The notes under the pieces are model-generated. The model was given only the letters and a program-made list of their open reading frames with translations. It ran no database searches and was not told where the DNA came from. A stretch of DNA of 64,000 bases from Cyanidioschyzon merolae (lineage: Eukaryota). The position numbers and the translations under genes are program-made. Below are positions 56,492 to 64,000 of the stretch, in pieces (the first letter of the stretch is position 1; every line of letters starts with the position of its first letter). The stretch lies in the NCBI GenBank assembly GCA_000091205.1, contig AP006487.2; one strand, 5' to 3'.

Positions 56492-58231
56492 TCACGCACT
56501 CGCAGGTTCACACCGCAGCGCATTCGACCCGAAATGTTTCTCCAACTTTTTGAGAGCCTCAGATACCCAAGTAGTGAATGTCGCGGAATTGTCACCTGCG
56601 AGAACCAGAAGTGCTGGTCGGATCACCCACAGATACCATTCTTCTGGACTCCTCTTGCCTCCAGAGTCGACGACCATCCGGAGCTGTGCAATTTTCTGAC
56701 TTAAAAGCTCCATCCATTCTTCTACTGTCATCGTGCCTGCAGCGTTCGCGGCGGCAACGGTCACGGCAGACGATTCGGTGTATGCATGGTGACGAGCGGA
56801 GCCGTCTAATACGCGCCTGTACACCCGCTGCTTTTGCGTTTGCTGTTGTGTCGTCACTGAAGGACAGTGACGCGTCTCCACGATGCTCTCGAAAGGCGTC
56901 GTGGTGCTTAGCGTGCGGGTCTGCTGCTGGTGATGGTGCTGCTGCTGCTGCTGCTGCCGTTGCATTCGTTTGCGGGACTCGCGATGACGCCGGCAAAGTG
57001 CCTCAAATTCACGCGAAAAGCGGGTTAAACGATTTTCAACCGGTGCTTCTAATGACTGAATCGGGGAGAGTGCTTCCTGACTTTTCCCAGTAAGCGATAA
57101 TTCGGCATTCTCGTGATTATCCAGATACGAGTCGGGGGTCAAGTTGATGTCAAAGGCCTGTAGGAATGATTCGAGAAGTCTCTCACCGGAGACACTCACG
57201 GTCCAAAGACTCAGAGATTGCATCGCGGCGGCAGCACCGGTGGTGTCCTCAGGTCCCTCGCATAACGTTCGAAGCATTGCCAGCTTTTCTTGCCAGGAGA
57301 GCATCGCCTCGAAAGCGCGGTACACAAACAGCATGCACGCCTCATCCCAGCGGAGCATTGTGGCTGTCGCTCGATCGACTGCAGCTGCGTCCATGAAGAT
57401 CCTACTCCGCGAGTAATCTAGCTTGGAGATGAGTAATCGAGCGAAATGTTGGAAGAGCGCGGGGTCCGTGTCCTGGATCATACGGCACGTCGTCAGCTCG
57501 CTGTCCTGAATGGGTGCGGTACCATTTCCGATTTGCGTCGCCAAGCGTGGAACTAGTACAGCTTCCACAATGCAGCGTCTGCACGTCTCTAGGTTGCTAT
57601 GATGTGGCTCCGGGATGCGTGACCCGCTGCTTTCAGACCATTTCCAGACACGAACAATGTCTCTGAAAATGGCATAGAGAGGAGCCGTCTGACGGTCGCT
57701 CCACAGCGGCGCGACCATTCGAAGCGTTTCCATGGAGTCTCGGGCTGCGAGAGCGTTACCGAAGCAGAGTAGCTGCTTTAGATAGGGTAAGATGAGCTCA
57801 CGCAGTTCAGGTTTAACGCTGGTAAAGCGAGTCAGCGAAGCAGAACTGTCGCGGGACCACGCTTCCAGGCGGCTTCTCGTCTCTGTTAGGGCGCTGACGA
57901 TCTCTGTGAGCTCTGGTGACGGGTCCATGACACGGGGCTTTTCCACACCTCGTGCTTCAGTGTCAGCAGTTTCGGACTTGAAATACTCTTCAAGAAGTTG
58001 AGGTAGGAAGAGGGCCTCAACCTGTAAGCATAGCGACTGCAGTCGCGCCGATACTTGCTCAGCCTCCCCAGTCGAGTGCCGTAAAACGAACGCGAGCGCT
58101 CCAGGAAAACAGTCAGCGGCTTCTGAGGCTCCCAGCACATGCTCAAGTTTGCCTATCGTTACTTTCAGAAGCTCGATATCCAGCGGCACTGAAACAGCAG
58201 CACAGCGGTTTTCTAGCTGTGTGTTTTCCAT
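56492..58231 (-). CDS. Hypothetical protein with poly-Gln/His tract (579 aa)
   Basis: 1.7-kb ORF containing 'QRQQQQQQHHHQQQ', encoded by a (CTG)n run on the plus strand near 56938–56956. No recognised domain. Confidence 0.45.
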   Translation of the reverse strand: MENTQLENRCAAVSVPLDIELLKVTIGKLEHVLGASEAADCFPGALAFVLRHSTGEAEQVSARLQSLCLQVEALFLPQLLEEYFKSETADTEARGVEKPRVMDPSPELTEIVSALTETRSRLEAWSRDSSASLTRFTSVKPELRELILPYLKQLLCFGNALAARDSMETLRMVAPLWSDRQTAPLYAIFRDIVRVWKWSESSGSRIPEPHHSNLETCRRCIVEAVLVPRLATQIGNGTAPIQDSELTTCRMIQDTDPALFQHFARLLISKLDYSRSRIFMDAAAVDRATATMLRWDEACMLFVYRAFEAMLSWQEKLAMLRTLCEGPEDTTGAAAAMQSLSLWTVSVSGERLLESFLQAFDINLTPDSYLDNHENAELSLTGKSQEALSPIQSLEAPVENRLTRFSREFEALCRRHRESRKRMQRQQQQQQHHHQQQTRTLSTTTPFESIVETRHCPSVTTQQQTQKQRVYRRVLDGSARHHAYTESSAVTVAAANAAGTMTVEEWMELLSQKIAQLRMVVDSGGKRSPEEWYLWVIRPALLVLAGDNSATFTTWVSEALKKLEKHFGSNALRCEPASA

Positions 58232-58479
58232 GGTTAATGGTTCGCAGTTGATCCGGTACTCGAATCTCTAGAGCATACTAAAAGCCAAAGCTATACTCAG
58301 TAAACTTATTATCTCTGTCTCCACAGTTTGTGACCGACCAAAGATTTCGTTAACCGTTGTCCAGCGGAGAGAAACGGCGGCCTCGCTGATTTGGCTTTCA
58401 ACTTGAATTTGTTTAACCTCAGCTGCGTTGAATCGAATGCATTTTCACAGTCCATAGCAGGAAATCGAAAAGACTAGCC

Positions 58480-59798
58480 AATGAACCGAACAGATCGTAG
58501 AGGGATTACCTGCAGGAATATACTCGTGAAGGAACAGTGCATGGAGGTCTGCATTCCTCCTTCAGGTCAGTTATGCAACAGGACTCAGATGGCTGAGGAA
58601 CTCTGTAAGAACCAAGAATACGCGCTCCGCGCCAAAAGCCGATATTCTCGAAGACTGGATGCGGTCAATGGTAGAAAGCTACCCGTTGATCACCTGTTCT
58701 GGAAGGAAATAGCGACGATAGTAGCCACCATGGGCGACTCTGTTTCCCACCAGCTTGTTCGTGTGGTGCTGAAAACTCTAGGGTACAGTCGCTAAAGAGA
58801 GTCCGGGTCCACGCATGGGCATCTTCCACCGGCACCAAAATGGCAGCGTTCCTGGAACTCAGCGATCAGTATGACGTCCACGGACGTCGGTTTGTTTTTT
58901 TTCCAGTCGATGCGGCTTCCTTCGGACGAGGCGGTCGGTGCGTTTATGGGTATCCTCGGAGATGGCGTCTGTGCTGTGTACGAACGAACTTGTAGAGAAC
59001 GAGCATGTCATCAACTGTTCGAGCTGCAGTGGATTCTTTTGGCGGCCTCAGTTTCGCTCATAGACAAGACACATACAAGAGCAGCAACGAATTCGTCGAA
59101 TCACTGAAGACGGTTCTCTGACGTCTTCTGACAACCTTCCGTTGGACAACGTGACATTTCACGATTCTTCTTGCGTTCGAGTCTCTGCAGATTCTGTTGG
59201 AATAGAGCCGCTTTTCATTCCTCCGTACGCGCCGTAGTTTAACGCCATCGAAGAAGTCTTTCTTATCGTCGAACGTGGTGATCGCTCCACTGGGCGAACC
59301 GCTGAAGCGTTCAGCACACCGGGACGCCCGGGTACGCCTCGTCGCTCTTCCGCAAGTCCACCTCTGTCCGGAGACGTCCTTACGTCAAGGCGTAAAAAAG
59401 TGCGTCCATTTAAAGCAATAAAAAATCTGACGGCTGAGCTGGGGTGTACACTTCAGAGGGTCGAGACGGAGATAAGCCAGCGGAGCGCTTCGGCAACAGA
59501 TATGCACGGCGAGCTGACAGAGCACCGGGTAGCATAGAGGGCACGGGTTCGATCACTCCTTGCATGGCTGCGTTCCGTCAGAGGCGATAAACGCATGGGG
59601 TTCGTGAACCGAGAATGCAACGCCGCCAACAATATGAGGCGATGTGTGGCGCTGAAGACGAGACCCGAGGAGATGAAGCGATCCAGCTTCATGGGGCGTC
59701 CTCGAAGCCTCCAGGTATCCAAGGAGAGGATGAAACGCATGGCAGGGGGCCGGTCGAAAAGGCTGTGGTGCGTCTACCAGTTGGTATTCATTAACCCT
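58480..59798 (+). mobile_element. Composite decayed repeat, copy 7
   Basis: Near-identical to copy 5 in the Tc1-like part. Tail 'KRMGFVNRECNAANNMRRCVALKTRPEE…'. Ends 'GGTATTCATTAACCC' (59783–59797). Confidence 0.6.
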
Positions 59799-60206
59799 AG
59801 GGTTCTAAAAGTTTTCGTGCCACTGCCCTTTGCGTATTTGTCGCTTTCCACTACCCTGCTCGATCTGTTGCGGGCTTTTTCTGTGACTGCTTCCTTGTTC
59901 CTCTATCTCCTAGCCCAGGCTTTAAATATGCAGATCTGTCATGTCCCTTCAGCTTCATGGTAAGCAGCCGAAGAATGTTGATGGTACCCTACGGGTTCGG
60001 ATTTTGCTGCTTCCCGCTGTCCTTGACGCACGTCACGCACATGCGGAGCTAACTATTCTGCATCGCATCCCATTTTCATATTCGTTGAATACAGTCTCGG
60101 TGTCCAGTTCGCCATGGTGACACCTGAATATTGTCAGGTGTTCCCGCACGTGTCGACCGTGACTATTCATCCCCAGGAGCCGTTCTGTGAACCTTCAACT
60201 CTTGAT

Positions 60207-60740
60207 TCGTCGCTTGGTACAAGCCCCTGACCGGCGCAGAGGGCTTTCCTGAATGCATCCTGCAGTTTCCGTCCTTGGCGCTTTACACTGAAACTACGGG
60301 CGTCTTCTGGGCAAAACCCTCTGTGAGAATGCTGCTCGGTGCAAGCGCAAGCGCACGCTGTTCGATGCGACAGAGAATTTCCGGAACATGGTGATGTTCA
60401 TGATGGAACAATCACCAGAAGCAAAATCCGCGCCGGAAAACGAGTCGAAAAACCTCGATCAGTCTCTGCCGTCATTCTCAAAAGCAGTGGCGCGCTTCCG
60501 ACTGGAGGCGTTTGCTGAGATGACAAGAGTCCGAGTACGAGACCTTTTTCCATACGGGCCGAAGAGATGGAATCCTCTAGCAGTAGATCCCGTAAGGGAT
60601 ATTTTGCTGGTGCGGAATCCCGTTCCGCCCGCAGCCATCCATAGATGAGAAATAATGCTTCGAGCGGAATCGATCATCTGATCGGAAAGGATCAGTGAAC
60701 TTTCCGCAAGAGTCTGTAAACAAGTCGTCAAAGGATGATG
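60207..60740. repeat. ~540-bp segmental duplicate (partner 49095–49640)
   Basis: See the partner entry. Lies ~400 bp downstream of composite repeat copy 7. Confidence 0.85.
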
Positions 60741-62001
60741 TTTTGCGAAGCTTTCGTTTGCGTGCTCTCCACACATTCATAGCGTTCCTCGACTATAGAC
60801 CTTCAGCGGCGAGCTTGCTTGATCCTGACGGGATTTTCGCGCGAACCTTAGAAAAAGAACCAGGAACATCGCACGCAACTACCGGCAGCAGTCAGCATTG
60901 TCTTTGGAGCATTTCTCAGGCGCATGCTTCAAAATTAGGAGATCTTGTGCTTTAACGAGCCTCGCTGCTCTAGAGCAGCTCGTTTTGTTCTCTTTTCCTT
61001 ACCTAAGTATAGATGCGCATCGCGAACGCCACTCCTGAGCAAGCGTCAAAGATAGGTCAGTGTGATTTTCCCCAATAGCAGATGAGCATCTCCAGGCTGC
61101 ATGCGAATAGTTTCGGCAACCGGCTCGATCAGCCTTGAAAGACTTCACGCAGATAGGGTTCCAGCAAAAGGCAGACAGGTAAACGCTACAACTCGATTTC
61201 CAGCGCACGCGTATGCCGTGGGTATCCACGGGGTCAATCGACTCATCATGCTTCTGTTTCTCGCTGAGAGCACTTTCGAGGCGGATAGGGCTCCGTCGTG
61301 TCTGTCGAGAAGCCAGTGCGCCTTTTTTAATTGCTTAAGATCTGTGCATTCGAGATAAGCTGGTACGACGCATCGATCTTAAGCAATTAAAAAAAGTGTA
61401 CTGGCAACATCGTTGCAGGCAAGCCGTTGCTCCAACACAGCAGCCGTGACCAGCGATACCCTTTTTGTGGATCGGTAGTGTGATGGCGCTGAACTCAGCT
61501 TGGGAACCGCTGCGCAGGAACAGTGCCTATGGCATGAAGCGCTTCTGGCGGAAATCTTCACCACGAGAAAGATGCTTCACGGTATGCGATGTTGCCATCG
61601 AGGCTCTTGCTCGAATAGAGCTATCTCCGACGGAACTGTCGCTACATCTCGAAATGCCTTTCTAGACGTCACACCGGGCGATTTTATGACGTATAGAATC
61701 GATCTACTTGAGATGATCTTTCCGGAAATAACACTGAGCAGTTCCAAGCTTTTTGGAGCAGATTCAATTTGAACAGATTCAGATGTCGCTCAGAACGATT
61801 CCTAGTCATCTGGAATCGATGCATCTGAGATCACTTTTTTTGGATGCCGTACGAAACAATTCGTAGAGGTACATCGAATGGGCCTGTCGCATCAGACACC
61901 ACTGAATGCCACGTACAGCAGCTGCCAATGGTAACACATGAACGCGCGCTGCCGACGCTTCGCCAGAGGCACCAGATATCGGTAATCATCCTGTCATCGC
62001 T

Positions 62002-62296
62002 GATCCTTGGTCCCTATCAAAGATCCATCAATCAAGAAAACTCGCGATAGTCCGCCGATATCGAGAGTCATCCTCAAACCACGGATCCTTGGTCCCTGTC
62101 AACGATCCATCAATCAAGAAAACTCGCGATAGTCCGCCGATATCGAGAGTCATCCTCAAACCACGGATCCTTGGTCCCTGTCAACGATCCATCAATCAAG
62201 GAAACTCGCGAAAGTCCGCCGATATCGATCGTCATCCTCTAAGCACGGATCCTTGGTCCCTGTCAACGATCCATCAATCAAGAAAACTCGCGATTG
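62002..62296. repeat. 82-bp minisatellite (~3.6 units)
   Basis: Unit 'GATCCTTGGTCCCTGTCAACGATCCATCAATCAAGAAAACTCGCGATAGTCCGCCGATATCGAGAGTCATCCTCAAACCACG' repeats at 62002, 62084, 62166 and 62248. Confidence 0.9.
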
Positions 62297-62301
62297 GCAT
62301 G

Positions 62302-62327
62302 GCGCCGCCGCCGCCGCCGCCGCCGCC
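62302..62327. repeat. (GCC)n microsatellite (~8 units)
   Basis: 'GCGCCGCCGCCGCCGCCGCCGCCGCC' immediately after the minisatellite. Confidence 0.9.
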
Positions 62328-63346
62328 ATGAATGGCTTAGGCTACCCGCGCGCGTCGAAAGTACACATATTTCTTACTTGGTGTTTTCCATACTTGCGCA
62401 GTGTCGGTTGTTGCCCAGATGAGGTTCTCCGATGGGTAACGGTATGCTGAACACAAACAATTTACCACAGTGGACTTTTTAACCGGTCCGTCTGTGACGG
62501 GCATGCCTCAAGCCCAGCCACGTGCGAAGAACACGTGTTCTGCGCTTGGTGGAAATTTTTGGAAAGTATTTCACGTTCTATCCCGCAACCAACGACAAAA
62601 CGCTGGTTTTTATGCTCCAGTTTTCTTGTATATCCTTCCTTCTAACCTTGCAGACGTCTTGTGGTGGACGTGATGTCCCAGTCAGCGGGGGCGGGGCAGG
62701 GAGGGGTATCCGTGCTCGCTACCACTGCTTGGATAGTGCGCCGTCCATTTGTTGAAGGCGTCCTATACAAAAACGACGCATTGATCAGTTCGTTCGGCGG
62801 CCACCATAGGTTCCAGATTGTCACGTTTGCCCAAACTGCCCCGTTCCTAATACGAGCGAGCCCTGTCCGAAGTATTGCCGAGGCGCAGCAACTTTTGGCG
62901 GCGTCCACCATAAGAAGAGCACAGCTTCCTTCCATTCGTCTTTGAACCAGACTCTCTGACGGCCGCGAGTGCTCCAGTTTACAAATAATTGGACGCTGGG
63001 GCTCTAAACTCTGCGGGAAACATTCAGCAACATCCTTTGCCAATGCAATAGGAGCGCTCAATAGCCCGCAGATGGTACAGTCTGTGCATCCGCATCCAGT
63101 TTGCCCATGGACCAAAACGGGACTGTTTCTATCATATTCAGAGGAGGCTTCTCGGATGCAGTCACCGTGCAGGTGCCTCGAGCACCGCGCCCCGAATCAG
63201 CAGTGCGAGGCCTCCGTTGGTCAGGGAGTGTTGCCCTCGTGAACACATGCAGGCATCGATGCATGAGAGCGAGTCTCGTTGAAAACCTCTCGAGCCCAGC
63301 ACGGCTCGACTCGTGTCAAATACCATCCTAGCCAGCCTTAGCTCCT

Positions 63347-64000
63347 TCATTTTTTCTTGCGCGTCGGTATTCGCGGTGGCGTGATGGAGCGCGGTATGCC
63401 GCCTCCAGTATACGTTGACACCACATTATTCACAGCTGAACCAACAGAGATGCCGAATTTGGCTTTCTTATCCGTCGGCTTGAGAATCTGAAAACTACAC
63501 ATGAGCGTTTCATCTACGCTCATCATCGCGCCAGCGTTATCAAATTCTCCGCAGTAGTTTGGAGCCGAGAAAATTGTAACAAGGCGGCGGTCACAGAAGA
63601 ATTCATATCCATCCTCAACGACCTGATGGGCGCGACAGATGAGATCGAGCTCAAATTTTTCGAGGAAACGTTTCACAACGTCTGGTCCGAAGGTGAAACT
63701 AACTCCTCGATCGTTTTCGCCCCAGCCTTTCACATCCTTATCCGGATCACTCCATAAAAGATCACAGAGGAGGCCTTGGTCGGGCACGTCCGTCGGACGT
63801 GGAAGTTGCCGAATTTGATTCATCGAAGTGAGTTCTGGCGAGAGACCACCATGACAACAGAAAATCTTTTCATCCACAATGGCAGCTACAGGCAGGCAGT
63901 TGAACATATCACAAAAAGTTTTCCAGAGCTTCACGTTGTATCTTCGCCGGCACTCGTCGTAAAAGCCATAAATTCGATTGATGCTTGCCGACTCGTGGTT
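63347..64000 (-). CDS. Ser/Thr protein phosphatase PP1 catalytic subunit (5'-truncated by window edge)
   Basis: '[29 protein letters not shown]…[16 protein letters not shown]…[31 protein letters not shown]' is near-identical to PP1c. Upstream in-frame sequence to the window end reads '[25 protein letters not shown]', matching PP1 '[27 protein letters not shown]'. The gene therefore continues past 64000, and the track's 'M' at 63934 is a GTG (Val) codon. Confidence 0.9.
   Translation of the reverse strand, partial: NHESASINRIYGFYDECRRRYNVKLWKTFCDMFNCLPVAAIVDEKIFCCHGGLSPELTSMNQIRQLPRPTDVPDQGLLCDLLWSDPDKDVKGWGENDRGVSFTFGPDVVKRFLEKFELDLICRAHQVVEDGYEFFCDRRLVTIFSAPNYCGEFDNAGAMMSVDETLMCSFQILKPTDKKAKFGISVGSAVNNVVSTYTGGGIPRSITPPRIPTRKKK

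Noticed and set aside
63932-63934. Start codon reported for the PP1 ORF at 63934.
   Set aside because: The codon there is GTG (Val in 'NVKLWKTF'). The reading frame continues without a stop to the window edge and matches internal PP1 sequence, so the gene is 5'-truncated by the window.

Overview
The window is intron-poor eukaryotic nuclear DNA at about 50% GC. Single uninterrupted ORFs align end-to-end with conserved eukaryotic proteins: RtcB, UAP56/Sub2, PP1 catalytic subunit, Exo1, Spo11, Misato, chorismate synthase, a WDR12/Ytm1-like protein, cornichon and an LMW-PTP. Genes sit on alternating strands. The organism cannot be named from sequence alone. The gene set (RtcB plus shikimate pathway), intronlessness and abundant Tc1-like debris fit an oomycete or other stramenopile-like protist, but this is a guess. 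Between the housekeeping genes lie at least seven copies of a composite, decayed repeat of about 1.3 kb. Each has a 5' part with frameshifted remnants of a Tc1/mariner/IS630-type transposase: an HTH region, a DDE_3 'VVxxDE' first-aspartate motif and the C-terminal 'IPPYAPxxNPIE' motif. Each has a 3' unit of about 500 bp coding a short NLS-like N-terminus ('MDIEVEDP…KKRK') fused to a C-terminal fragment carrying the 'RD(V/F)NAAINI' signature of the TnpB/Fanzor RuvC-III motif. Each ends in a conserved terminus, 'GGATATTAATTTACCC'. I read this as an internally deleted, non-autonomous family derived from a Tc1/mariner element that carried a Fanzor (eukaryotic TnpB-like OMEGA nuclease) gene. No intact copy is in the window. 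Other notable structures follow. A 601-bp, ~98%-identical direct repeat pair flanks the convergent Spo11–Misato gene pair. A 114-bp tandem array of about 5.5 copies encodes a Ser/Met/His-rich, probably secreted, repeat protein. There is an 82-bp minisatellite followed by (GCC)8. There is a second dispersed short-repeat family and a 540-bp segmental duplicate. No rRNA, CRISPR or convincing tRNA was recognised, though tRNA detection by eye is not exhaustive.
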